Shown: in pieces, positions 8,389 to 17,543 of the stretch
How positions within the stretch are numbered: the stretch's first letter is position 1
Layout of the letters: each line of letters opens with the position of its first letter
DNA from: a virus
UHGV virus genome: UHGV-0123675
Length of the DNA stretch: 42,627 nt
Reading direction: 5' to 3' (one strand)
Notes under the pieces: generated by a model
What the model was told of the DNA's origin: nothing
Seen by the model: the letters and a program-made list of their open reading frames with translations, nothing else
Database searches by the model: none
Made by a program: the position numbers and the translations under genes

Positions 8389-9072
8389 ATGAGCCAATTA
8401 GCAACAACAGCATTAACCATGTCCAGCAGCGATATTGCTGAGCTGGTGGAATCACGACATGACCATGTTAAACGGTCCATTGAACGCCTGGCAGAGCGCG
8501 GTGTTATTGAACTCCCCCCAATGGGGGAAGTTAAAAATCACCTCAATCAGTCGGTATCGGTTTATCTGATAGGGAAGCGGGACAGTTATATCGTTGTCGC
8601 GCAGCTGTCGCCGGAGTTTACCGCGCGTCTGGTTGATCGCTGGCAGGAGCTTGAGCAGGCACAGCAGCAGACGATTCCTCAATCATTCTCTGAAGCCCTA
8701 CGTCTTGCAGCTGACCTTGCAGAACAAAAACAGCAGTTGACTAACGAACTGGCTGCCGCGGCGCCGAAGGTAGCGTTTGTTGATCGGTACTGTACAGCCA
8801 GTGGGTCAATGTCATTCCGCCAGGTGGCAAAACTGCTTAAGGCCAAAGAGCCAGATCTGCGGTTATTCCTCCTTGAGAACGACATCATGTATCGCCTTGG
8901 CGGAACGATGACCCCACGGCATCAGCATATTGATGCGGGCCGTTTTGAAGTGAAAACCGGCACATCCGTAACCTCAAATCATGCATTCAGCCAGGCACGT
9001 TTCACGGCGAAAGGCGTGCGCTGGATTGGTGGACTGTGGGCAGAACACATTGCCAGGGGGCAGGTCGCGTGA
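8389..9072 (+). CDS. Antirepressor-like protein (Rha N-terminal domain plus KilA-C/ANT-type C-terminal domain)
   Basis: SSDIAELVESRHDHVKRSIERL is Rha-like; C-terminal FRQVAKLL...region resembles antirepressor KilAC; GGAG RBS before ATG 8389. Confidence 0.75.
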   Translation: MSQLATTALTMSSSDIAELVESRHDHVKRSIERLAERGVIELPPMGEVKNHLNQSVSVYLIGKRDSYIVVAQLSPEFTARLVDRWQELEQAQQQTIPQSFSEALRLAADLAEQKQQLTNELAAAAPKVAFVDRYCTASGSMSFRQVAKLLKAKEPDLRLFLLENDIMYRLGGTMTPRHQHIDAGRFEVKTGTSVTSNHAFSQARFTAKGVRWIGGLWAEHIARGQVA

Positions 9073-10064
9073 GAGCTCTGCTTACCCCCGAGATCGCCCA
9101 TCGTATGGGGATTGTGCTGTTCCGTCCCGGTGCGGAACTGATGCACCTCTTCATGCGTGGTCGCGTTTTGCTCGAGCCTGAACCAGAAGAAATGGCGTCA
9201 TTCAGTACCGGGGCTGTTCCGGCAGCCATTCAGCCGCTGGCTGATGATCCGGTAATGCGTCAGGTCTTCGAGAATGAGAGGGTTATTCAGCGTGCCGGTG
9301 GGCTTCCTTCCCTTGAGCAATGGTTGAGTAATCGGTTTGAATGCCAGTGGCCACATTCAACGTGGCACGACAAGAACTTCACAACAATGCGGCACCCACC
9401 AGGAAGTATTCGCCTGTGCTGGCATTGCGATCACACTTTGTCGGGGCAGCATACCGAACAGCTTGCAGGTATAGCGGCAGGAAACCTGGTATCCTGGATT
9501 CTGGAAGTCATTCGGCGTGATTCTGGTTTTCCCGAGTCGCATATCCTGACGCTTCCGGAACTGTGCTGGTGGATGGTCAGAAACGACCTGGCTGATGTTA
9601 TTCCGGAAAGCGTTGCGCACAAAGGGCTGCGCCTTCCGGATGAGAAGATCCGTTCTGTCATGAGGGAAAGCGACATAGTGCCTTCCTCGTCAGCAACCAG
9701 ACTCGTGCAGGAGAAGGCGAAGAAGATCCTCACGCTCTCTGTTGATCCGGAGTCGCCAGAGTCTTTTATGCTCAGGCCAAAACGTCGCCGCTGGATAAAT
9801 GAGACTTACTCCCGCTGGGTTAAAACACAACCCTGTGAGTGTTGCCGACGGCCAGCAGATGATCCGCACCATATCGTAGGGCACGGTATGGGGGGGACAG
9901 CAACAAAAGCCCATGACCTCTTCGTGATCCCTCTGTGCAGAGAGTGCCACGACGAGTTACACGCCGATGTACCGGCATTCGAGCAGAAGCATGGTACGCA
10001 GCTTGAGCTGCTACTGCGTTTTATGGATCGGGCGCTGGCGATCGGCGTAATTGCGACAGCTTAA
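9069..10064 (+). CDS. DUF968-like phage protein with C-terminal Cys/His (HNH-like) zinc-binding motif
   Basis: GTG start overlapping upstream stop; C-terminus CECCRRPADDPHHIVGHGMGG...CRECHDELH; nin-region position before Q. Confidence 0.55.
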   Translation: MRALLTPEIAHRMGIVLFRPGAELMHLFMRGRVLLEPEPEEMASFSTGAVPAAIQPLADDPVMRQVFENERVIQRAGGLPSLEQWLSNRFECQWPHSTWHDKNFTTMRHPPGSIRLCWHCDHTLSGQHTEQLAGIAAGNLVSWILEVIRRDSGFPESHILTLPELCWWMVRNDLADVIPESVAHKGLRLPDEKIRSVMRESDIVPSSSATRLVQEKAKKILTLSVDPESPESFMLRPKRRRWINETYSRWVKTQPCECCRRPADDPHHIVGHGMGGTATKAHDLFVIPLCRECHDELHADVPAFEQKHGTQLELLLRFMDRALAIGVIATA

Positions 10065-10081
10065 GTGTATGGAGAAAAGTA

Positions 10082-10447
10082 ATGCGTGATATTCAGATGG
10101 TTTTAGATCGCTGGGGGGGCTGGGCATCAGCTGATAATTCTGGTGTTGACTATTCCCATATTGCCGCTGGCTTCAAGGGACTTTTACCGCAGACAAGCAA
10201 AACCAGATTGTCATGTACAGATGATGATGCGCTTATCATCGAAGGTTGCCTAGCACGACTAAAAAGCCGAAAGCCATATGAGCATTCGCTTCTTGTCGCT
10301 CATTACCTGTACGGTATCTCGAAGAGGAAGATAGCTAAAGCGCGAAAGAAGGATGAGAAACTGATACGAATTGAGATACAGATGGCTGAGGGGTTTATTG
10401 ATGGTTGCCTCTCGATGCTAGATATTCGGCTAGAAATGGATTTATAG
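10082..10447 (+). CDS. Q: Late-gene antitermination protein Q
   Basis: MRDIQMVLDRWGGWA...IAAGFKGL...DDDALIIEGCLARLK...AEGFIDGCLSMLD pattern typical of the ~120-aa Q family of enterobacterial lambdoid prophages; located before lysis region. Confidence 0.75.
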   Translation: MRDIQMVLDRWGGWASADNSGVDYSHIAAGFKGLLPQTSKTRLSCTDDDALIIEGCLARLKSRKPYEHSLLVAHYLYGISKRKIAKARKKDEKLIRIEIQMAEGFIDGCLSMLDIRLEMDL

Positions 10448-10453
10448 AAAGAC

Positions 10454-10482
10454 AAAAAAGCGGGTTTTAATCCGCTTTTTTG
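10454..10482. terminator. Bidirectional rho-independent terminator between Q and the convergent cargo operon
   Basis: AAAAAAGCGG-gttttaat-CCGCTTTTTT: GC stem flanked by A-run and T-run. Confidence 0.6.
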
Positions 10483-10979
10483 TTTAATGAATCTATGAAC
10501 TCTTTTGTTTTTTTATTATTTTCAGCTCGATGTAATAAGATGCTTTTGAATCGCTGTATTTCGCTATTTATAGAGCTGATAAAAAAGAAAGAATACAGTG
10601 AGGCCGCAATCCCTCCACCGCAGGATGATATGAAATACAAGTAACTCATTGAGTTTTTTGGTATGGCAAACATACCAATTGCTCCTGAAAAAGCAGCCAA
10701 GAGATAAAAAATAATTAAAAATGCGAGGTGTCTTTTTTTTATATCGATAATTGGTCGTAATCTTCTAAGTTCACTATCGGATAATGATATATTTTCGTCA
10801 GCTTCAGACACCTTGAAAAATGCTGCAATGCAATAGCTGAAAGGAAATGCCAGTAAGGTTATGAGTGACCATGGTGCAGAAGTACCACTTAAGTCGATTT
10901 TTTTGGAAGCAAAATAAAAAACAATAAAGCCAATAATAAAGGCGGAAAAGAATCTTAATATAAATTTAAAGAAACTCAT
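10467..10979 (-). CDS. Hypothetical small membrane protein (170 aa, about four predicted TM helices), second gene of cargo operon
   Basis: Four hydrophobic stretches (FSAFIIGFIVFYFA, LITLLAFPFSYCIAAFF, LAFLIIFYLLAAFSGAIGMFAI, ASLYSFFFISSI); 18 nt downstream of the 394-aa gene; AT-rich. Confidence 0.6.
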   Translation of the reverse strand: MSFFKFILRFFSAFIIGFIVFYFASKKIDLSGTSAPWSLITLLAFPFSYCIAAFFKVSEADENISLSDSELRRLRPIIDIKKRHLAFLIIFYLLAAFSGAIGMFAIPKNSMSYLYFISSCGGGIAASLYSFFFISSINSEIQRFKSILLHRAENNKKTKEFIDSLNKKAD

Positions 10980-10997
10980 CTCCGCCTCCCAATAAAT

Positions 10998-12182
10998 TTA
11001 GTTTTTAACTTTTACTTCTCCAGTTTGAACCTTTGAAGCTAACCATTTGTGCATTTGTAAATATAAGTCATTTTCATCAATAAGTCCATTATTATATTGG
11101 ACATTTATTTTTCCAGATAGTTTCAGATCGCTTCCTTTAATAACCCCTCCACCTTGTAGATTGATGCTGATATCTTCATCATCTAAATTCCGGAGTGATG
11201 TCGCCAAAGTATCGAGCACACGCTGTCCATCTTTATTTGTTTTTCGGAAATAAGTTATTTCTAAGTTGACTTGTAAATTTGACTCGTCAAGAGAATCTTC
11301 AAGTTGTAAATTATTAAACCATCCTTCACCAAAAGCGGCTTTCATTATATCACCGCCTTTTCCTGTAGGCATAAATTTAATCTTTTTGACCTTTTCTAAC
11401 GGTTCCCTAGTATTTACAGGAAGGTCAAGTGGGTCGCTAATGTTTTTTAAAGTTACAACGTCATTTGAATCTGCGTTTTTGATTGGTACACTTCCAAGAT
11501 TTATTTTCTTTACAGGGGACTCGTGCATTTTTCTTATGGTGTCCTCTGTCGGTTTATCTTGAAGGACAAGAAAATCATCACCATTAAAGATGTTGCCGAA
11601 TGAATGTATTAACCAATTCAGATGGTTTTCTATATCCTTAGTTCTAAGGGAAGATGATTGAACGATCATCACGTGATTGTCACGAATGCCAAAGTAAAGT
11701 ATTGAATCAACGAATTCTCTTGTTATTTTTTCTTTGTCATGTTCACTTATTGCATCATCTTCGGCTAGCTTTATCTGCTTCGAAGTTATAGCGTTGATGT
11801 CATAGTAATTGACATCATCAGCGATTGTCATAAGAGTTTGGCTTTTACCCTGCTCAAATAAAATAAGTTGTCCGAATAACACTGTTTTGAATGTACTGCT
11901 TCGGTTTACCATTCTGAAACCGCTGTTACTATCAGAAGGATTAATCTGCTCCCTGCGGGTGCTGACTTTGTGAGCAGTGCCATTCTCAGAAATTATTGAG
12001 TCAATGATCTGCTGAAGCGTTGCTGTGCAGTTAGGAATGACCGCGCGTTTATATTGAATGACCTTGCTGCGACTTTCTTTCATTAGCCTTGTTCCTTGTC
12101 TCGTGAACGTAACCATCTGATTAGGTTGATTTTGTTTTGTTGTAATCAACATGGCTAGTAGACGGTAACTGTCTGTAAACAA
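10998..12182 (-). CDS. Hypothetical protein (394 aa), first gene of cargo operon
   Basis: Long AT-rich ORF, no recognised motif by eye; sits in the Q-to-lysis moron hotspot. Confidence 0.6.
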   Translation of the reverse strand: MFTDSYRLLAMLITTKQNQPNQMVTFTRQGTRLMKESRSKVIQYKRAVIPNCTATLQQIIDSIISENGTAHKVSTRREQINPSDSNSGFRMVNRSSTFKTVLFGQLILFEQGKSQTLMTIADDVNYYDINAITSKQIKLAEDDAISEHDKEKITREFVDSILYFGIRDNHVMIVQSSSLRTKDIENHLNWLIHSFGNIFNGDDFLVLQDKPTEDTIRKMHESPVKKINLGSVPIKNADSNDVVTLKNISDPLDLPVNTREPLEKVKKIKFMPTGKGGDIMKAAFGEGWFNNLQLEDSLDESNLQVNLEITYFRKTNKDGQRVLDTLATSLRNLDDEDISINLQGGGVIKGSDLKLSGKINVQYNNGLIDENDLYLQMHKWLASKVQTGEVKVKN

Positions 12183-12278
12183 TAAGATAAATCAAAAAAT
12201 TCAAAAAAGCATTAACGCGGTCCGCATTTTCTAGATTACTGTGTTAAGAGTGGTCACTTAGACACGAACTTAAGCATT

Positions 12279-12306
12279 CCGCACCTCGCTTCGGCGGGTT
12301 TTTTTA
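12279..12306 (+). terminator. Putative rho-independent terminator (plus strand) in cargo intergenic region
   Basis: CCGCACCTCGCTTCGGCGGG hairpin followed by TTTTTTTAT. Confidence 0.4.
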
Positions 12307-12385
12307 TGTCTTTTGCAAAGACTTCTTGCTGCTGTTTACAACCAGAGTTATCTGTATGTCACGCATATAATTTTAGGTAAAAGAC

Positions 12386-12577
12386 ATGCTAAATCAGGAA
12401 GATATGACAGAAACCGCGAAGGCTGTTTTCAATGAGTTAAGCGATAAACCAGCAACGGCTGGGGAGATTGCACAGAATACCCACCTAAGCCGCGAACGTT
12501 GCCAGCTCATCCTCACGCAACTGGTGATGGCGGGGTTATCTGATTATCAGTTTGGATGTTATAAGCGTCCCAATTAA
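12386..12577 (+). CDS. Small winged-helix-like putative regulator (63 aa; PapI/FaeA-like, tentative)
   Basis: ATAGEIAQNTHLSRERCQLILTQLVMAGL resembles the helix-turn-helix of small PapI-type regulators; AGGT RBS. Confidence 0.4.
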   Translation: MLNQEDMTETAKAVFNELSDKPATAGEIAQNTHLSRERCQLILTQLVMAGLSDYQFGCYKRPN

Positions 12578-12922
12578 TGGAGGCTGTTTTTATCTCTAGA
12601 TAGTGTTATTTAAATCAATTGGTTAGTGATTTTCTATTTCTGACTTAAAACTCATTTTTGAGATAACTCATTAGCGAGTAGGATTTTTACCCTACGACAC
12701 ATGGGGTTGTCACGGGCTTTTAATGTCCTCGCTATGCTGCGGGACTGCTGGCGTGTTGCACCTCCCATGCCCTGACGGGCATAAAACAACCAGGCACATG
12801 CTGTGCACACATATAAGGGCTGCTGTGCAAATGCTGATCTTTTGTGAGTGATGTGTTGAATTAATGCTGGTTATTTGAGATTTTATTTTCTTATTCATTA
12901 AAATAGGATAACAGGAGAGCTC

Positions 12923-13189
12923 ATGAACCCCCCCTATGAATTCAGCGTTTACTACGACAAGTTAACGCTAGAGGATATTAACAATGTTGTGGCCTTGGTC
13001 GACCGCAATTTCAAGTTCAACTATCCCGGCACTCGCACATCTGTCACTTTTAACTCTACGTTTTCCAGTGTTGGTATTTCTGTACATAGTACGAGACAAG
13101 TTGCTGAAATGATTAAAGAAAACATACTATCTCGACATAAAGGATGTACTCTCCGCAAAGATGTTCATGAGTCGAAAAGAACTTTTTAG
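12923..13189 (+). CDS. Hypothetical protein (88 aa)
   Basis: ORF with GGAG RBS 6 nt upstream; AT-rich; no recognised motif. Confidence 0.4.
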   Translation: MNPPYEFSVYYDKLTLEDINNVVALVDRNFKFNYPGTRTSVTFNSTFSSVGISVHSTRQVAEMIKENILSRHKGCTLRKDVHESKRTF

Positions 13190-13583
13190 CTCCTAACTCA
13201 TTTCGTTATCAATCGGTATGTTGGGTGTTAGATAGTACCATCACAAGGCTACAAATGGTTGACAATAAAGCCTTCTAGTCAGAAGGCCGCATGATATTTC
13301 CGACAATATATGGGGTTAGTTGGAACCTCATCTACCCGGGCGCTAAGGCACCCAGGAACAGCGAAAGATAATCAGCTGTTTATCGATATCTAGACAATTA
13401 ACTACCAGTTTAATCATGCTGCCGCCATATCCATGGCGGCTTTCTGCTGTGAAAATGGGCGGCTGGTGGGTGTTGTAGCACCCGGCCAGCCATCAGCTCA
13501 TGCTTTCAGGTCACAAGCTAACCAAGGCCCACTGCTTTAGCGCAAAAGCAACGTGAGCCTATCAGAGTTACGCTTACTGATCT

Positions 13584-14635
13584 ATGAAAAATACTGTAAA
13601 AATAAACAGTATTGAGTTAATCAACGCTGATAGCCTGCATTACGTCGCCACCCTCCCGGATAACTCTATTGATCTGATAGTTACGGATCCGCCGTACTTC
13701 AAAGTGAAGCCCAACGGCTGGGACAACCAATGGAAGGGGGACGAGGACTACTTACGCTGGCTTGATAGCTGTCTGGCTGAGTATGCTCGCGTTCTTAAAC
13801 CTGCTGGCAGCATTTACCTGTTTTGCGGTCACCGACTGGCCTCAGATATAGAGATTATGATGCGTGCCCGGTTCAACGTTTTGAATCACATCATTTGGGC
13901 AAAACCATCGGGCCGTTGGAATGGATGTAATAAAGAAAGCCTGCGCGCGTACTTTCCATCTACGGAACGGATTTTGTTTGCTGAGCACTATCTTGGGCCG
14001 TACACAGGTAAAGAGGATGTTTACGAAAGGAAAAGCACAGAGCTAAAGCAGCACATTATGACGCCGCTGATTGATTACTTCCGTAATGCCCGTGAATCAC
14101 TGGGTGTCAGCTCGAAAGAAATAGCTGAGGCAACCGGAAAAAAAAACATGGCGTCACACTGGTTTGGTGCAAGCCAATGGCAACTACCAAATGAAGTGGA
14201 CTATAGAAAATTGCAGGAACTGTTCACGCGGATCGCTATCGATAAGCACATTCAGTTGAAGCTTGAACATCCTCACCACCAGCTGGTGGCTACCTATCAG
14301 TCATTAAACCGCAAGTATTGAGAATTGCTGGAGGAATACAAAACCCTCCGGCGCTGCTTCTCTGTTTCCGCTCTTGTTCCGTATACCGACGTATGGACGC
14401 ATAAGCCTGTTCAGTTTTATCCGGGCAAACATCCATGCGAAAAACCTGCCGACATGCTGAAGCAGATCATTAGCGCCAGCAGCAGACCAGGGGATATCGT
14501 TGCCGATTTCTTTATGGGCTCTGGTTCAACTGTGAAAGCTGCAATAGAACTTGGCCGTCGGCGATCGGGGTAGAACTGGAAGCTGACAGATTTATTCAGA
14601 CCACCGAAGAGGTGGAAAAACTGAGCAAAACATAA
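13584..14635 (+). pseudogene. DNA methyltransferase (DPPY motif IV ... FxGSG motif I, N4/N6 beta-class type) disrupted by an in-frame TGA and a downstream frameshift
   Basis: ORF 13584-14321 (LIVTDPPYF) and ORF 14325-14573 (HPCEKP..DIVADFFMGSGST) are in the same frame separated by TGA at 14319-14321; the expected C-terminus (IGVELEADRFIQTTEEVEKLSKT) continues in another frame from about 14564. Confidence 0.65.
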
Positions 14636-14781
14636 CGATCATCCCGCCCCTGTGGATGTGGTGATCACCATTTTCAGGCACCGGGAATCATCCTTACTTT
14701 TATTTGAACAAAAGAGCCCGGTTGCCTGATTCCACATCCCCTCATTTCTGAGAGGAATCACAGCAATTAAGAGGGGGCTAA

Positions 14782-15168
14782 ATGTCCGATCCGATTTCCG
14801 GTACTGGGCTGGCTGGTGGTGTCCTGACGGGAGCCAGCGTCTATGGATTTCTGTCCGGAACCGATTATGGTGTGGTGTTTGGCGCATTTGCTGGGGCTGT
14901 ATTTTACATTGCAACCGCAGCGGATCTAAGTGCAGCGCGCCGACTGGCATATTTTCTGGTTTCGTATATCGCGGGGATCCTTTGTTCCGGGCTGGTGGGT
15001 TCAAAGCTGGCTCAGGCTACCGGCTACAGTGATAAACCACTGGATGCCATTGGCGCCGTAATCGTTTCTGCTTTAGCCGTCAAAATCTTGACGTTCCTGA
15101 ATAATCAGGATGTCGGCTCGCTGGTGGCGCTGATAACGCGCCGGGGAGGTTCAGGTGGTACAAAATGA
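14782..15168 (+). CDS. Putative holin (multi-TM small membrane protein)
   Basis: 128-aa protein with three hydrophobic helices and charged C-terminus, strong RBS AGAGGGGG, first gene of lysis cassette. Confidence 0.55.
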   Translation: MSDPISGTGLAGGVLTGASVYGFLSGTDYGVVFGAFAGAVFYIATAADLSAARRLAYFLVSYIAGILCSGLVGSKLAQATGYSDKPLDAIGAVIVSALAVKILTFLNNQDVGSLVALITRRGGSGGTK

Positions 15169-15436
15169 CCCATCGGCAACTTTAAATGCATTGCTTTGCG
15201 CTGGGGTAGTGCTGACCCTGATGTTTTATCGCCGTGGCGATTCGCGACATCGACCATGGATATCTCGCCTGGCGTGGCTGCTTACGGTCATCTACAGCGC
15301 AGTTCCGCTGGCATATCTGTGCGGTATCTACCCTTATTCATCGTGGGCCACTATCGGGGCCAACATTATTTTCCTGTCTGTGCTGGTCGCCGTCAGAGGC
15401 AACGTGGCACGCCTGGTTGATCATCTGAGGCAATAA
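15155..15436 (+). CDS. Holin/antiholin-like small membrane protein
   Basis: 93-aa protein with 2-3 hydrophobic helices between holin and endolysin, overlapping both. Confidence 0.45.
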   Translation: MVQNDPSATLNALLCAGVVLTLMFYRRGDSRHRPWISRLAWLLTVIYSAVPLAYLCGIYPYSSWATIGANIIFLSVLVAVRGNVARLVDHLRQ

Positions 15437-16053
15437 TGAACCAATCACAATTTCAGCAGGCGGCTGGTATCAGCGCCGGGCTTTCTGCACGCTGGTTTCC
15501 GCACATTGATGCGGCAATGAAAGAGTTTGGAATCACAGCAGTTAACGATCAGGCCATGTTCATTGCACAAGTTGGGCATGAATCTGCTGGTTTTACCTCG
15601 TTGGTCGAGAGCTTCAACTACTCGGTAGACGGGCTGAAGAAAACCTTTGGTAAACGCCTGACGCCGTATCAGTGTGAAATGCTGGGGCGTGTCGATAGTA
15701 AGCAGGTGGCCCACCAGCCGCAAATAGCCAATCTGGTTTATGGTGACCGCATGGGGAATAACAGCCAGGGTGACGGCTGGAAATATCGCGGTCGTGGCCT
15801 GCTTCAAATCACCGGTCGCGAGAACTACGCCAAATGCGGTGCTGCGCTGAAGCTTGATCTGATCAGCACACCAGAGTTGCTGACACAGGAGAAGCATGCA
15901 GCCCGTTCTGCTGCATGGTATTTCACATTACGTGGTTGTCTGATGTACTCAGGTGATGTTGTCCGTGTAACGCAGATCATCAATGGTGGCCAGAATGGAC
16001 TGGCTGACAGAAATAGTCGTTATAACAAAGCGCGGGCGGCGTTGCTGGTATGA
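15436..16053 (+). CDS. Endolysin, glycoside hydrolase family 19 (chitinase-like) type
   Basis: [10 protein letters not shown] ... [13 protein letters not shown] signature of GH19-type phage endolysins; between holin and Rz. Confidence 0.85.
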   Translation: MNQSQFQQAAGISAGLSARWFPHIDAAMKEFGITAVNDQAMFIAQVGHESAGFTSLVESFNYSVDGLKKTFGKRLTPYQCEMLGRVDSKQVAHQPQIANLVYGDRMGNNSQGDGWKYRGRGLLQITGRENYAKCGAALKLDLISTPELLTQEKHAARSAAWYFTLRGCLMYSGDVVRVTQIINGGQNGLADRNSRYNKARAALLV

Positions 16054-16583
16054 CAGCGGTCTTTGCTTTTGTTATGGCGCGGTGGAAAACAATCATTGTT
16101 TTGCTGATGTTGGCTGGTGCATTTCTTGCCGGGAACATCTGGAGTGAGCGGGACTGGCAAAAGAAGTGGGCTGACCGCGATAGCATGGAATCTTCACAGG
16201 TAGCGAACGCTCAGACTGCCGCACGCTGGATTGAACAAGGGCGCATAATTGCCCGTGATGAGGCTGTAAAAGATGCACAAGCACAAGCCGCTAAATCTGC
16301 TGCCACTGCTGCTGGCCTGTCTGCCACTGTTAGCCAGTTGCGCACCGAAGCAACAAAGCTTGCCGCCCGCCTGGACGCCGCAAAGCACACCTCAGATCTT
16401 GCCGCTGCCGTCAGAAGCAAAACAGCCGGAGCCAACGCAGGATTGCTTGCCAACATGCTCGGAGATATTGCAGAAGAAGCTAAACGTTATGCTGGAATCG
16501 CTGACGAGCGCTACATCGCTGGGATAACATGTGAACGTATTTATAAAAATTTACTTGAGACGAATAATCAGCAGTTAGAATAA
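16050..16583 (+). CDS. Rz: Rz-like inner-membrane spanin (i-spanin)
   Basis: N-terminal TM ([17 protein letters not shown]) followed by Ala/Gln-rich coiled-coil periplasmic domain; start overlaps endolysin stop (ATGA). Confidence 0.8.
   Translation: MTAVFAFVMARWKTIIVLLMLAGAFLAGNIWSERDWQKKWADRDSMESSQVANAQTAARWIEQGRIIARDEAVKDAQAQAAKSAATAAGLSATVSQLRTEATKLAARLDAAKHTSDLAAAVRSKTAGANAGLLANMLGDIAEEAKRYAGIADERYIAGITCERIYKNLLETNNQQLE
16273..16527 (+). CDS. Rz1: Rz1-like outer-membrane lipoprotein spanin (o-spanin) embedded in Rz in +1 frame
   Basis: Signal peptide with lipobox LLASC, proline-rich mature part, entirely nested inside Rz. Confidence 0.7.
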   Translation: MHKHKPLNLLPLLLACLPLLASCAPKQQSLPPAWTPQSTPQILPLPSEAKQPEPTQDCLPTCSEILQKKLNVMLESLTSATSLG

Positions 16584-16662
16584 TATAATTTTTATTCGAA
16601 TTCTAATTATAATATTACGTGACTGATGTTTAGATTTGTTGTTGAAAATGCTTCAACTATAT

Positions 16663-16695
16663 AGCAGGTGGTAGCAAGCCACCTGCTAACTTTTT
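16663..16695. terminator. Bidirectional rho-independent terminator after Rz / after convergent cargo gene
   Basis: AGCAGGTGG-tagcaag-CCACCTGCT 9-bp stem followed by AACTTTTTAAAAC. Confidence 0.5.
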
Positions 16696-16709
16696 AAAAC
16701 ACTGTGGTT

Positions 16710-17171
16710 TTATATTACGATGAGTTCATTGCGGGCTAGTGAAGTAAACAGATGCTCAAAAAATTCATCATATAGCCGTTGTGATTGGACTAACACAGGA
16801 TATTGTAGCTCCTCAAAGTTACAGGTTTTTGTTTCGCTGAATGCTACCTGTCCATCTTTGTTAATATAAACATTAAGCAGCTCGATAAAATTATCATCAA
16901 AGCTAGGTGAGCAATAAAAAATTATGTTTTTAATGATTTTTTTATTCGGGTATATGAATTTCTCTCGGTAGTCTATAGAAAGACCGAGGCTGCTTAAATC
17001 TATCTCAACTTTATCATTAATATTGGTTAAATTGAATAACTTGGGTTCGACTTCTTTATAAACAGCTGTGTGTTCAGAATACAATGTGTTGAAGAATCGA
17101 TCTCTTTGGAAGTTTAGAATTTTTCCGTTGTTATCTGTCATGTGACGAATTGTTTCAAAGATATCTTCCAT
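16710..17171 (-). CDS. Hypothetical protein (153 aa), AT-rich single-gene moron between lysis and packaging modules
   Basis: Minus-strand ORF in otherwise plus-strand late region, flanked by AT-rich intergenic DNA on both sides. Confidence 0.55.
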   Translation of the reverse strand: MEDIFETIRHMTDNNGKILNFQRDRFFNTLYSEHTAVYKEVEPKLFNLTNINDKVEIDLSSLGLSIDYREKFIYPNKKIIKNIIFYCSPSFDDNFIELLNVYINKDGQVAFSETKTCNFEELQYPVLVQSQRLYDEFFEHLFTSLARNELIVI

Positions 17172-17543
17172 TAGCTTAACTCCTTTATATAGACGTTGAA
17201 AAAAAGAATATCATTATAGTGGCGTTTTTTTTGTAATCAATATGTTAAATGTGGAACTACTGAAAATAGTACAATTAGGATGTTAATTGTTTATCAAGAT
17301 ATGGTGTCTATTCGTATCTATTTTATAGTTAATTAACTTCAGCCTCTATCATTTGGAATCGGGTATTTAAATATTAATTAGGGTGGGTCCTCCTGGCGAT
17401 TCTGAACACCGAGGGGGCGAGGACACGCGGAAAACGGCTGGTTTTTTGCATTTTATCGGCATCATCATCATTCCCTTAACTTGTTGATATTTCAGTCGTG
17501 AAATTATTCACGATGTCGAAATGGTTAAATATTGTTCATCATC

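Noticed and set aside
13190-13583. tRNA or small RNA genes in the non-coding stretch before the methyltransferase
   Set aside because: Several hairpins are present (e.g. GCCGCCAT-atcc-ATGGCGGC near 13425-13445), but there is no T-loop-like GGTTCGAATCC or cloverleaf-compatible arrangement. Left unannotated.
17172-17543. Explicit cos site call upstream of the small terminase
   Set aside because: The region is in the right place and has short direct repeats (TCGTGAAAT / TCGAAAT), but I could not identify a lambda-like cosN sequence with confidence, so no coordinates are asserted.
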